Part shown: positions 26,373-40,199 of the stretch, one piece after another
Numbering within the stretch: the stretch's first letter is position 1
How the letters are laid out: every line of letters begins with the position of its first letter
Notes under the pieces: generated by a model
Database searches by the model: none
What the model saw: only the letters and a program-made list of their open reading frames with translations
What the model was told of the DNA's origin: nothing
Program-made: the position numbers and the translations under genes
Assembly: GCA_002633005.1 (NCBI GenBank)
Contig: NMRA01000111.1
Location: 672,261 to 736,260 of the forward strand
Direction of reading: 5' to 3'
Length of the DNA: 64,000 nt
Source: Phoronis australis
Taxonomy: Eukaryota > Animalia > Phoronida

Positions 26373-27408
26373 GTGAAAATTCTCAACTGTGACTTGCACG
26401 ATCAGTCTTTGAAATATGGGGAAAAGACATTTTGAAAACTAAAATATTTTTCCCAAATTGAACAACTTTTGGTGCACCGTAAATGTTATTTTTCTTTGCT
26501 AAACAAACTTTTTTGTACTTTATACGGCCTTGAGCTCACTTTGTTTGTTTCCTGAATAAGCCGCTTAAAAGCAAAACCCCCATTTCCAAAGATATGCAGC
26601 AATTTTCACCGCTGGTCCTTCACCAGTGTTCTAAGTGACTTTCATGAGAATCCAAGAGTGCAGTGTCAGTGTCCGCCACAGTTGTGAGCAAGACCCTATT
26701 AAATGTAAATAACCCAGCCCTAAACTGTTAGTAAACATCTCCGCCTGTAAATTCTGGCAAATTTTCAAAATCCATAAACCAATAATTTTAATGGAAAACC
26801 AACAATACGGCTGTATTCAGTGAACTAATAAGCTAAAAATCAAAAACATTGGCTACAGATTGGAGAGAAACGACTGTGTATCAGATATGCTCGGAGGCTT
26901 TAACAATTAACTGGCTTCTAAGTTTCGGTGACAATCAAAATCTGTCACTGTTTTGGCACTACAAGCTTAAAAATAAAAAGGTGGCAAACCAGTTACGAAC
27001 AAAACAAAGCAGACTGGAGTATTAGACATAAAATGACAAAAACCGGTATGAAACATATTTAACACCTAGCGTTCATTTGGGAAGTGGTCCTTTGTCAAGA
27101 TGCAACCAAGTTACCATTTTTAGTCTTTCTGTAGCATTTAAAATGAACCAAATCAAAACTGTGTACGTTCACATCTCGGGCTGATACTCTGTGTAGTCAG
27201 AGAAAACCAATTTCCGTATAATTACACCACCACCACTGTTGAGAAGGTGGTGCCAAGAATCACCTTTCCGTTTCATTAGTGTAGGGCCTGCTGACTAGGC
27301 ATCATTAAAGTTGTCTGACAGCAAATGGAATCTCAGTGGTGAGCCACCTATGTGGAACTTTTTCCTAATGGTTCACTGTGCCAATCATTGTTTATTGTCA
27401 TATTTCAG

Positions 27409-27470
27409 ATCCCATTCCCAGCAGACCTTTGGCTTTCCAGACTGCAAGAGTTGTTGTTGATCAATCTAGG
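27409..27470 (+). CDS. TNIP1: TNIP1-like exon (NPIPSRPLAFQTARVVVDQSR)
   Basis: tatttcag acceptor, AGG|gtaata donor, phase 1 to 0 bridges the NZF exon and the last exon. Confidence 0.7.
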
Positions 27471-27975
27471 GTAATATTTTAATTTTGTTCTTTTCAATAT
27501 ATTCATGTCTTTCCTTTGTTTAACTTTATGATCATTAGGCAGACATTCTATATTTTATAAGTTTGAGTTTTTCAAAGTAATGCAACTCTGGCTTGAGGTA
27601 AACAGCATTGCCGTAACAAACTCTAGAAACTATAATGAGGAACGACTATATGCAAGGGATTAATTATTGTCATGTATGTGAATTTGCATTGAGTTGAAAT
27701 TAATATACTCTTCACTCTGTTAAAGCGTTATGCACTTCTCTGTATTCTAAAAATTGAATGGTTACTAAGAAAATGAAATTTTGCTTGTCTGCCATGTTTT
27801 GACCTAAATTGATGAAACTCTATTTTATGACTAGATTGTGTATTATTTTTTGATAGGTACCTATTTTCTCTGCATCCCAAATTTATAGATGATTTTTGAT
27901 TTGTGGATTGTGAACTTTCATGATGTTTTAGTTGTTGCGTGCTTAAGGCATCATAGATTTGTTTATTCTTTTCAG

Positions 27976-28080
27976 CAAGGAATTGGTCAAGGTCGTGATG
28001 TCCCTGATGGCAATCAGCGAGGACGAGTCAATGGTCAGTATGTTGATGACCTTACCTGCGACAATGGAGGTTTTCCATAA
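27976..28080 (+). CDS. TNIP1: TNIP1-like terminal coding exon (QGIGQGRDVPDGNQRGRVNGQYVDDLTCDNGGFP*)
   Basis: ttcttttcag acceptor, phase 0, TAA stop at 28078-28080. Confidence 0.7.
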   Translation, partial: QGIGQGRDVPDGNQRGRVNGQYVDDLTCDNGGFP

Positions 28081-31000
28081 AGAAAGAATATTTTGCTTTT
28101 ATTGTTAGAGTTGATTTGATTTGTGCATTGTTTTTGTAACCTTAATGTTTGTTAGAAGTGTACACCTTGAAAACCATGTGAACAATAACTGGAGAGTGAT
28201 ATCTTTGTTGTTTGTCAAGCAGGACTAAAATTTTGGACGAACCACGTGTGGTAAATAATTTTGAATTATTCATGAGCATTAGGATTGATCTGAACTTTTT
28301 CATCATAAAATACCTGACAGCACTCCAGTTGCAATTTGCCATCATTTTGGTACTTTCCCATCATTTATGGCACTTTCCCATTAGGGGAATTTCAGTTTTC
28401 GGAAGTTATCACTAGATGGCGATTCATTCATTGGGAGCAGACTGCACATTTCGTTCATATTCTCAAACAAATGTTGAGTAGTGGGTTCGAGGCTAACTGA
28501 AAATTGTTCTCATGCCATTTACAAGCAGAGTATTTATGAAAATGATCAGTGTCATTCTTTATCAGATATGCTTTCTTTTATATATTTACTTTTGTCTATT
28601 GAGAGCACGTTGGCTTTACTAAAAAGAGCACATTTTATAAATCTTGCATGATCGTATATCGTTGCCCCGACCTCTACCAATAACTTTAATAAAACTTCAA
28701 TTTGATTGTTCCCATTGCACTGAAGTTTTGGTGACTATTTTAGCACAAATTTTTGCTTGCTGTTGAGAGTTAATCTTTCCCAGTTTCACCTCTAATGGGA
28801 AAGTACCATTAAGTATTTAATCTTCTAAAAATTAAAATGCTTCATTGATATTTATATCTAATAAAACTGACATTACAATTGAAAATAGATTATATGTTAT
28901 CACCTTGCGAAGAATCGAACCTTTTGAATTGAGAGTTTTTAATTACTTTTGTTAGTTATTTCAGTAACCGTTCTTACCCTGGACAGTTCTCAATTTCACA
29001 ATCAGACAGGCATATTCACATCGATTTAAGTTGGGTTGGGAAACAAGTAAGCAACTATAGGCTTCGTTTTTTGTGAGCCCTTATCACGAAATCATCACCG
29101 TGCAGTCACCAGAGATGGCCTATGTACATTGAATCAATGGACGTGTGTTTTGGAAAAAAAATTTGGTTAACTCTTAATCATTCAAACAGGTAAAAAAATC
29201 ACTTGGTCCATGTAAAATGCTAAAAATCATTCACATGACCATAATTATGAAGTTGAGGATTGTCTTTATCAAAGATGATAGACTCAACATTCTTTCTACA
29301 TTGATGGTGACAAGAAATAGAACCCATATGACTTCTAACGCTTGCAGGATATTAATCATTTAACTTTCAAGCTTGGAATATTAATACCCGTTATTGCGCT
29401 TTAACTATATCTGTTCCCTGACAATGGTTACCATCATGGCTATAAAGCTTAAGTGCCTATATTGTGACAGTTCATTGGAACACTTCAACAAATTAATAAA
29501 AATGAGATTTTTGAACTTCAACATGTTTCGTTGTCTCAAACATCATCATCATCGGGACAAGGGTATCTTGAAACGTTTACAGTTACTTTTGCCATCAGGA
29601 ATTTCATGTCAAATTTACCTGACCTCTCTCAGTAGTTTGTTTATCAGTTGCAATGGGTATGGAACTCAAAATCCACAAGTCAATTCACATCAGCTGGCTC
29701 AAGCCTGAAGTAAATAAGTAGCTGGCGCACAGCAGACTGTTGGTCTTATAAATTGTCTTTGATGTTTTGTTGCCATTATGCTTGGTAATAGCTCTACTGT
29801 GCACTATGTGGGTCAAGGTTGTTAGATGGCCTTGATTGCTTGTCCTGATTATGATGTTTGGGACATCGAAACATCATAGTGTTGAAATTGAAAAATCTCG
29901 CGTTCATTAAAATTGTCACTTAACTGTCGTGGTTGAGAACTCTTCAACTTGTGATTCTCTTTGAATACAGCTCTTTTCCCATCATAATCTGCCTTATGTT
30001 CACATCTTGCTTAATATATGTTTTATCCAGTAGTTACAACCCTCTGAAGGGAGTGAGTTAGCACTGTGTGCAGTAGGATATCTCTAGCTGTAGTGGTGTT
30101 CCCATATGAAAGTTGCCTATTAATAACAAGTTTCAGACAAATTTTCTCTAGGTAAAACTTATGCATTAGGACAAAATTTTGCAGATATTTTGAATTTCGT
30201 CAAATTTTGCAAGAATCATTCCGCAAAATTTATTCATGGCTTCGAGGTTTGTTTACTCAATTAGAATTGCCAGTCATATTACTTGGGCAATGGCAGTATT
30301 GCGTCCTATGCTCTGACGCTTATTCATTTATCTAACAGAGAGCATTAGTATAGTCTAACAGAGGTCACGTTTTCGAAATCTACCAATAGGGGCTACAGAA
30401 CTTGCTGAGGTTTTCTATTGCGTGGGCACAGGACAGTGTAAATAATACGTGTTAAAAGCTTCCTGTGCTTAGTATGTAGGATTTTTAAATACATGAGAAC
30501 ATTGCATTTTGTTTCCCTTTTAGTACATGTGTTTGAGTGTCAGCACTGCATTAATTAGCCTTTGTGTAATGAGTGATATGTTTTTTGCTTGGAAAGTAGG
30601 CTGAGCATATCCATCGACAAAAGGATGACAGTGGGGTGTGTTTGTGATTGTTTGGCCTTGGATGGTGCAGCTGTGGAGGTCCTAGATCCACCTCCAAGCA
30701 TGATCTAAGAAGGCAGACATCACTTTGCTGTTGTAAATATTTGGCCATTTGAAACTGCAGTCAAGGTCCCTCTATATACATATATACATTTAATTATTAA
30801 TAAAAGTAAATGAATGTAGTATTTTGGACCACTGAGCTATTTTAGGTCATAAGTTTTGAATCTGTTGCTTCTTTTTTGCAATTGATGTACAACAGATAGC
30901 GTTAACATTATGATTCATCAGTACGATCATGACATTTTTGACAGACCGTCAAGTACACGAATGGTTGATTACATTAGATCTTGGGCCGTTTTGAGTGACA

Positions 31001-31907
31001 AGTGCTTATAAGGTACATATCCGTCTGCATTTTATGAGCATTTCTTGACTGCTGGATGTTTTAGGAGCCACATAAATGTCACCCATTGAAACTCAGTAGT
31101 TTGCATGGGTGAACTATTATAGTGAGTTGACGGAAAATGTCCGTTTTAGTTTTCCAAACGTAAAGAATGCTTTGCTGCAGAATTGTTCCTTGTAAATCTC
31201 TTGTGTGTCATTCTGTTAGTGGCAGCTTTTATTGAGTTCTAGTGTGCATGGGTTGGTTATCCTCAACTTTGGAATGGAGTTGGTTGACCTGCAACACATC
31301 TTTCGGAGTATTCACAGTGGAAACTTGTGTTTAATGACCATTATGTTGTTTAGTCTTTTCGTCCACTAGAAAAGTTCTTTTTTCTAGTTTCCAACCTGCA
31401 TCATTGGCGATGTCTGTTGAAATGGATCGTAAAAGTTTGAGTGACTGCAGGTGCTAAGTATTTTAGTTTTGTTTGCTCATTTCATTTGGCACTTTTTAGA
31501 GGTGATAATGAGTACAATGGCCGGGTATAGTGTGTAGCTCCAGAATTGCTGACGTTAGCTGTGTTCTGACCTCAGAATCCCTTGAAAAAGTTTGCAGGAA
31601 TATTTACAGGACTTATTTTATCTAAGCAGTTGTGTCCCCATGGGATTGAGAATCCCAGCAAGTTCTGTTTGTAGACCTTTGTCGGATGTCTATGAGACTG
31701 CTAGCATCTTATTGTTATTTGAATTTAATAGGCATTGCAGCATAGGCTGCTATGCTGCCATTGGCTGGTAGCAACCTGACTTAGAATTTTAATTAAGTAA
31801 ACAAATAAAATGGCCAAGACATAAATTTGGAAATAGTCACTTACAGGCCGAAGGATTTGAGAACCATTACAATGCCCATGATTGTTGGTTCTCAAAATGC
31901 AAGACCT

Positions 31908-32172
31908 GTGAGTGAGTGTACTGTGCTCAGACAGTACAGTACTAAGGTCTTTTGGAGCTTTATGACCAAATGCCTGTTCATTAATTCAAAAACATAAAAC
32001 AAAAACCATGGGGAAGAAATTGAACATAAATCAATAAGTTAAATTTCAGCTTCATTGAACTTGTCAACTATAAAGAGCATAACACCATAATTTTGTACAT
32101 AACAAGTTTTCCCATTAGTGCAATTCCCAAACCATTTAGAACTGTACTCTGTCTGAGCACAGTACACTCACT
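31908..32172. mobile_element. Foldback/MITE with imperfect inverted termini
   Basis: agtgagtgtactgtgctcagacagtacagt vs actgtactctgtctgagcacagtacactcact. Confidence 0.7.
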
Positions 32173-34084
32173 TGACCAAGTATTGTGTGGAGAGACTTTG
32201 AATGTCAGGCAACGACGTCATAGTAAAGAAAATAAATTCTGCCATCCATGTAAATTTTTAGCCCATGAAAACATTTTCTAGTGTTGCAAAGAAACTGTTA
32301 AGAGGCTTGTAAAGACTGGATAATATGATTAGAAGATAAATAGTTCTTCCTGGACTGCTTGAAAAGTACTAATATTATAAACAGTTCATGTTTTGCTCTG
32401 CTTTGCCCTTTGTTTTATCCTTTTTTAACGTCTGTATGAACCAAGACAAGGGATTTACTGGGAATGCTGGTGGTGGTTCAACTGTATGTCACATTGACAG
32501 AGGGCATTCCCTAACGTTTTAGAAAAAATTACTTTTTTGAAAAATGATGCAAATAAGAAAATGTTGAAATTCATTATACAATTTGTGTCTGGTTGGTGTT
32601 TTTCAACGTTTAATTGCAAAACACATCAACCCTCTCAAAATTCCTGAGATTTTTCATTAGAGTTTGATTATTTAGTGTCTGCCCTGCCCATAATGGTGCA
32701 ACCATAGACTGACTTTCTTTAGGGTGAATTTTGTTGTATTGTTATACAATTGATACTACCCGATTACTTTTTGAAAACCAGTCCTTGGTTCCACTTATAA
32801 GATGTTATGTCATGTTAAACAGTATTACTGCAACGGTTATTTGTAATTATTGTTAAATAATAATTTCCCTTCTACGCTTGCTGTGAAGCTTTATCTGCAT
32901 AGCATGACATGATATCTCATTTTTGAGTGCTCAGCACACACATAGAGACATGCAGCCATGACTACATCTTGCCTTGTCAGTTTGCTGTGTATGTTTAGTT
33001 GTTTTGTGTTATGCTGCAGTGCCCATAAACTAGCTTTTTATTGACTGTCTTGTTACCCAGGGATCAAATTCTTCGAATTCGAAATCAAAAGTTTCAACCC
33101 ATGCAACCTTACATTTTTAAAGTCCTTTTTAAGCAAGTAAAATGATAAATGTGCACAAAAATTTAACATAGACAGCTTTTATCTTGTTTTTTTCCAATAA
33201 ATATTGTCATTATGGAATTTGTGGTACTGTCCTTAAAACAAATTTGTTGTTGACACTCAAAAAATCTGTTGATATTCATTCTCTTTAGAAAAGCTTGTCC
33301 TGACATTTTCCTTTAGCTTTAAAACTTGATTTTCAATCAATGAAGACTATAGCTTTCCACAAAAAAAATTGGCATTAAGTCTTTATTTTGACCACATAAA
33401 ATACCAGCCTAAGGGTCCTGAAAAAACATCCCAAGCTAATAGAATTTTTACACATAATTTGCATGTTTCGGACAAAAAATTCATGTTAGGAAGAGTAACA
33501 TTCATTGATTTTCGTAAAACAAATTTAGAATAAACAGCTGTCACTTAATTACACGTGTCCATTCACCATATTTGTGCACGTAATCAGTTTCTTTGGTCAT
33601 CTAGGATTTAGTAATGCATGCTTTCAAGGGTTAAAACTGGTGCAGAAAATACTGTGAAATGTGACCCTTGGTGACCAAGGCAGTCATTGGGGCCCAACCT
33701 TACTGAGCCTAGGTCAACCCTGATAAGTCTTGAGGTGTGTTGCTTGTGAGGATGATGCGAAATGTTTGCCACATCTTAAACCATTACGTACCTGGTCAAT
33801 TTCACCGCTGTAGTTACGTCATTTTGCACTAATCTCCATAATTGTTACCTTATAATAGCCGACTACATTGCAACAGATAAATCCAAATTCAACCTCATGT
33901 AGTTTGATATTCAGATATGTGCAGTTTAAGTCAGGCTGATGACAAAGTACATTTTTCTAAGTTTTTTGAGGTGTTTGATAAATTACGAATTTTCTTTTCT
34001 GCCATATTGTGTTCTTAGCTGATGAAAAATACTGTATTGCCAGGTTTTACACACACAGGCGCGCGCGTCCAGCTAAAGACCTTT

Positions 34085-34262
34085 TTCACGCATTCCCCAT
34101 TTTAATAGTGAGCCTCTTTTGGTTAAAAATAAACAATGCATTTGAGACGTGAATATAACAAGGTACGCAAAAAAAATCATGCTTTGTGCTGTGATTAAAT
34201 ACAAAATGATACGCTTTTAAAACCTGAAAAGAGGCTCACTTTTAAAGTGGCAACTGTGTGAA
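34085..34262. mobile_element. Small MITE-like inverted-repeat element
   Basis: ccattttaatagtgagcctctttt vs aaaagaggctcacttttaaagtgg. Confidence 0.6.
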
Positions 34263-35102
34263 CACGGTGTATTGATGTTAATTGTAACGCCATCATGAGA
34301 AATAGGAATACATGAAACCAAATGAAATTGACATGCAGTGTGCCAAGCCTAACAAAATGTGTGGTGGTAATTTCACCTTGTGAACACTCATCTTGTGTTG
34401 ATCTAGGCTGTAGCTAGTGTCCTTTATAGTACTTAGCTAAGATGTTGTTTTTGATGTCAGATTAATTTACAGTGTTTATTCAAAAGGTTCGGAGAGGTAT
34501 TCGAGGGGTTAGTAATTTAAGAGTTCTTTGACAAATTTACAAGGATATCCGCCATATTGTTCTGTGATTTTTAAGTCAAGGTGTATGATTATATGCTCGT
34601 TTATTTGTTCTTGGTATAGTATTACACTTAGCTCAGCTATTATGTTGTGAACGTTTTGTGCACAATTCACATTTTGTTTTCTCTACAGCTGCTATTTAAG
34701 TGTGTACACCTTCAATGAGCAGACTAATGGCCACTGGTTGAGCCTTGTGTAGTAAAGTCAAACTCTATAGGCTTCAAGATTTGATAAAGTGTGCAAATTT
34801 TAACAGTGTGCTTTTGCTTTTATTGATCTTTATTTCTAATAATTCAAATACTTGCCTCTGTTATGTGGAACCCGAAGCTCTCCAGGAAAAATTTGTACAT
34901 CAGTGAACTAACTGTTCTAGAAAACTCCCTTGGTTGTTCGTGTTCATGCCTTGTACATATAAAAAAGTATTGAATTTTGTTTGAAGTTACTTAACCATAT
35001 ATAACTATATATAGCCGTGGTGTATAAGTGTAGATGGTCTGCTAACATTTTTATGCTAGGTACTTGCTGGCTTCAGAGTGGGTGTTGCTTGAGGTTCTGT
35101 GT

Positions 35103-35108
35103 AATAAA
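35103..35108 (+). terminator. Candidate distal polyadenylation signal of the TNIP1-like gene
   Basis: AATAAA at the point where the T-rich + strand switches to A-rich; more proximal AATAAA sites also exist (about 28688, 28860, 33196). Confidence 0.3.
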
Positions 35109-38100
35109 TATAATTCAGCTTATACTGCTGTATGTAAACAAACAAACTTGTCATTTAGCGCATTGAGAACATGCACTTTACACAGACTGTTTTGATCAGA
35201 GCATAGATACGAATGTAGTTACCTCAAACGTGGTTATGCTCAAAACGAATGACTAAACCCATTTTAAATCAACCACTGGCCATTCAGCTCATGGCTGTCT
35301 GAATTCAGTACAAGACACTCGGTTATACATACACCTGACAAAGCAGTGTGCAGTCAAATACTTAATGGCCAGACACTGAAACGTATGTAGAGTTCTTCAT
35401 TGATATGCACAAAGACAGCTTACCAGTGGATGACCCAAATAATTTCCAAGATGTATTTTTTAAGTAAACTACTCGGCGCAACATTTCACCACAATTAATG
35501 ATAAACCTTGCATGAAAAATTATAGCAATATGAATTCCTAACAACCAGTTTTTCAATTTTACACAGGCACTCGTCACAGTAACTGAATTGTCACCAGTAC
35601 ATTTACTGCAAATTATTACGCAATTAGTAATTGAAATAAATGATACCTTAAAAAATAACATTTACCCAATGCAAGTGAATGACATGATGCAGCTTCACAT
35701 CTCTTGCTATGATAAAAAAAAATCGAAGAGTAAAACTTCCTTTTTCAGACATTCTAATATTTCCCAGTAGAACTTGCATTTCTCAAAATAACCTTGAAAA
35801 TGAGCTCAAGGTCAGAATCAACAGGTATCCAGAGTTACCCCCCCCCCCTGTACCTCTTTGCACTTTTCTCAACTTGTATTTTTTACTTTTAATGTACACA
35901 AATGGGGACAACTATACACAATATACGACTGTAAGTGGGTGCACCTGTGTCAATTAAGGCATACCAGCATAATTACTGTAAAGCTTCCTTTCTCCACATA
36001 TTGCATTTTTCAAAACCCGACTTTCTTGCTGTGACCTTGAAAATGAGGTCAACATAACTGGCACCTGCAGCTTACCTACCTACATCTTGGTACAAAATAA
36101 GAACAAAATTTAAAGGTTCCTTCTTGAGACATGCCGCCGACAACATTGAGTGACATGCAGACAGATGGCCATAAATACTATATCCCCTGCTCGTCACTAT
36201 CATAAGGTGGGGAACGAGCACAATACAAATGACTCCTTTCAATTAATGTGCCATCAATAGATTTCAAGTGACATAAGTAGTCTAGTTGGTGATTACCTAA
36301 TGCCCAGTTGAAAATTAGTAACGGAACCAGTTTAAACACCCCTCGAATCGGCAAACTTCCCAAAAACTCAATAACAACCATTTGTTGGTTATAAGATATT
36401 GAACAAATTTTATTGCAGATTTGTCACTAGTTTATAACCCAACAGTCGAATGACTTTCGTCTTGTGGATGTTTAACAAATAACCATAATAATTAAGTGAA
36501 CAAAGATTAGCTTATATTTCAATTGATTCTTTTTGCACTTGAGAATTTGAGGTTAAAACCCCTTAAGTACAAATAACATAATAATTATTATTATATTGGG
36601 ATATTGCACATCATTTTGCCCAAGTAGTACCACTGACACTCGCTTTGTAGATCTATTTGAAAAGCAGACATGCTCAACAGTACACAGAAGTCTCCAGTAG
36701 TGGAGGAAACGATAACAATTCATATCCATTGATCTTTACTAAAGCATTACACGGAGCAGCTAACTGCTCTGACAATAACATAAATTATAACAACACATGC
36801 ATTCATGTTACAACATGTGACAAGTACACACATTGACACCATTACAAATAATAACATTCTTTGTCAAACCACATACACCACCTTGAACTTTTCTGAAATG
36901 TCCGTTGTAATCAAAGTTCGCAGCAACCAAACTGACTCGTGCACATTGCCATTGGCTTTTGAATTGTGGAAAGGAATGCTACTAGCAAGCAATTATTACA
37001 AACCAGGCGCCCAAATTGGCGCCCACTCAACAAAAAGTAACAAGGCTAGGTGAGCAGTCTAGAGCTTTGAACATAAACCCCACTAAACACCCATTTAACT
37101 ACATCACCCAGCAGAACATTACACCCATACCATTACTTTTTCATAAAAGCACCAATCTTCCCAACATTGCACTATAACCTGCAGTCCCCACCACACGTAA
37201 CTTGGCCTCTATTGACGAGACCTCCAACTGCAATGCCATATTCAACTTCAGTTGCCACACCTCCTGTTGTCAACACGAGGAGACATCATTCCTCAAGTCA
37301 TCTCTCAACTTCCTCAATTTGTCATTTGGCTCATTCTCAAGAGGGAAAGATATCTTTCTTACAGAATTATTTCCAAGCGCAGTGGTTTGATCACCTGCAT
37401 CCTGAGGCTCATTTCAAAAAACTTGTTCAGTGTTAACTTAGACCAAGATCAGACTAACTTAATCAATTCCCGATGTTTGGTCTACGCGACAAAAATTTAT
37501 GACTGCCATCTCTGTAAACTGCTGCGGAACAAATTCCGTTGACATTTTTCTCAATGCTTTACCACCTAATGGCCCCAAACAATATCAACTTGAATGTCAT
37601 CTACTTTTGATTAGAGCAATGGCAAAGCACCGTCGAGACAATGTAGTGCAACAAATTATAATTTCAGGATTAATAGTACACCTGAAACTGGATTTTGCAC
37701 ATTACCTCACACAAAATTGTAGTTAATATGCTCTCCTATGGCAAAAATCAACTAATTTCCTTCGTTTTGTGTTCATCAAACTTTTTTCGCCTTCAGTCCT
37801 AACTTATATTGACTTTCGGTCTTAACTTTGATACATTCTGATCTTCAATCTGAACTGTCACTTTTTATGAAACGGGCCTCTGTTTTCCAGCATGGGATAA
37901 ATCATCCACTCAGAGGTATCTACCAACTCAGTTCCTTTTCTCCCTCTTTCCTCACATAGTGTGATCCCTCACAGGTGATCAAATTCTCTTGCCATTGCTC
38001 AACCTTACTACAAATTGCAAACCAGGCAACTGCTTCATTCATTCCATGTGAAGACAACCCTCTATCAAATCCCTCTCCCAGTTTGCCCTTCACCATCACC

Positions 38101-38122
38101 AAATCAGCACACTACTGACTCA

Positions 38123-38741
38123 TTACGTGGCCTTTGTCAGAACATCGAAAGGGAGACGTCCCTCTTGCAGTGCCATCTCCCAGCTTAGTCGCCTCACCCT
38201 CTGGCTCTCATCCATACCCAGACCTTCAGCCTTCTTTTCCTCCACAATATTGCAAAGCACCTGTCCCTCCAATAGTCCACTGTCCTCCTTCACAGTTTTT
38301 GTGATGGTTCGCACAGCATACTGAGGTCTGTCCACTTCTACTTGGGTCAATGTTGCCACAGTGGTGGATATGACAGTACGGGATTCGACACTCTCAAAGG
38401 AACCCACTTTCCTGTCGTCACCGCCCCCCAGTCTCACTGATGGCATATCCCCATGGTCTGTATCTAGGTCACTACTACCGATGCTCAACTTTTCCACACG
38501 TTCACCACTGTCCGCAGCGCTTCGATCAACACCGCTGAAACTGCATCGTTTCGGTTTTTTTGTTCGTCGTGTCCTTGTCTCGTCACCGCTGAAGCTGACA
38601 CTACGCCCAGAGACAGGGGAGCCATGATTGGATGAGTTGCGATAATGACTGACAACGGTCAAGTTGCTACTACCACTGTTACGTCGTCGGAGGTGATCTG
38701 ACTGACCGTCTGCACATGGAATGATGGCCGAGGAGATATCT
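38123..38741 (-). CDS. RNF19A: RNF19 terminal coding exon, Ser-rich C-terminal tail
   Basis: ctttacag acceptor, phase 2 start, open to TAA at 38123-38125 (…LPFDVLTKAT*). Confidence 0.82.
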
Positions 38742-38994
38742 CTGTAAAGAAAATTGAAATTGGGTCAATGTTGCGCTTTGAGCACTACAGATGACAGAAA
38801 TGCTATAATTATGGTTCAAACATAACAGACTGTTGACATGTGTGACATATTGATGGTCATTTGTTTTACTGCAACAAGTAATGCTAACTCAACGTAAATA
38901 GGTGGTAATAAGGCAAACAGGTCATCAAAGAAAAATAACAATAAAAAACATGTCCCTGCCAGGAGATTTAATATTCATTTCTATCATATAGTAC

Positions 38995-39150
38995 CTATTT
39001 CCGCCAATAGAGCCCGCCAGTGCCTTTGTACTTAAATTGTCTGCCATTGTGACATTGTGTGACTTCTCACTACTCATACTCAAATTTGCCGAGTCACTAC
39101 TGATGCTAGCTCGTTTCTGACAAGTGGCGACATCTGCATGCACCTCCAGT
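38995..39150 (-). CDS. RNF19A: RNF19 exon (RLEVHADV...STKALAGSIGGN)
   Basis: ctctttcag acceptor, AG|gtacta donor; LEVxAD and STxALAGSI motifs of the RNF19 tail. Confidence 0.88.
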
Positions 39151-40199
39151 CTGAAAGAGAGATTAATATCAAAGTCATATGCAAATATGTATTGACTTAT
39201 ATGTGGTAAACTCTTCTTGTGAAATAATAAATACAAAATGTAACCCAGCTGATATAATTTTACAAAAAAGTAAAAGACGACCTTAATGTCAGGCAAACAG
39301 TAGTAATTGTTAGCAACAAAAGCATATCTGGGATTTTCTTTTAAAGCTTTTTAGCCTGAAAGCTCGGCTGTCAAAGTCAAGAATTTTTTTTTTCAACTAA
39401 TGCCAACAATTTCATTATTCACAGCAAAATTCTCACACTACAAGGCCTTAACATTTTCCAGCTATTAGAAGAAACAGAATTTGAAAGTTTCATGCAAAAA
39501 ATCATATTTGTGGAAATTACAAAGATAAAATTATGTGGTCATCAACAATACTTCAAAAATGTGCAGTTTTATGAGGTCTACTATTGATTCTTAAAAGCGC
39601 CTAAAACCAACAATACAATATCAAAAGCACCGCAAACCAACCCCACCAGTCGATCAGCTGCCTAATTAGAACACTCGCACACACTATATGACAACATGTT
39701 AATTATTCAGCAGTTATGAACATTTATTTTTCGTTATATACATTTTTTCTACGTAGAATTTGTACAACCAATCATATCACTAGTCCTCCTCCATTGTGTT
39801 TAGAGTGAAAAGTCATCATAGATTGCTGCTCGTTTTCCCGTGGTTCATGGTATGAAGAATGGTGAAGTTTTGTGTTTGTGGTTTGTTGTGACAACTCAGT
39901 ATTTGATTACACATTTGTGGCTCTTCTCGCGGTACATCAGAGAAGTGCGGATATCGCACAAATCTGTACAAGAAATAGTTATGGTATGCAGTACTATAAA
40001 GAAAGGTTTAATGGTGTTGACTATGTAGTGGTGGTATTGAGCACACCAAAATATTAAAGAAATTCTATCTCTGGTAATGAAGATAGCCTGCTACCTGAAC
40101 TAGCTGAGTAATTATCAAATATGTTGTTACTTTCTGTCACAGTAATAAGGAAGACCAAACAATGTACGTAGTCCATTCATAAGTTCAAAGGTCATTTAC

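Noticed and set aside
33094-33634. piggyBac-like element (CCC…GGG|TTAA)
   Set aside because: The left end is too degenerate to establish a TIR or TTAA duplication.
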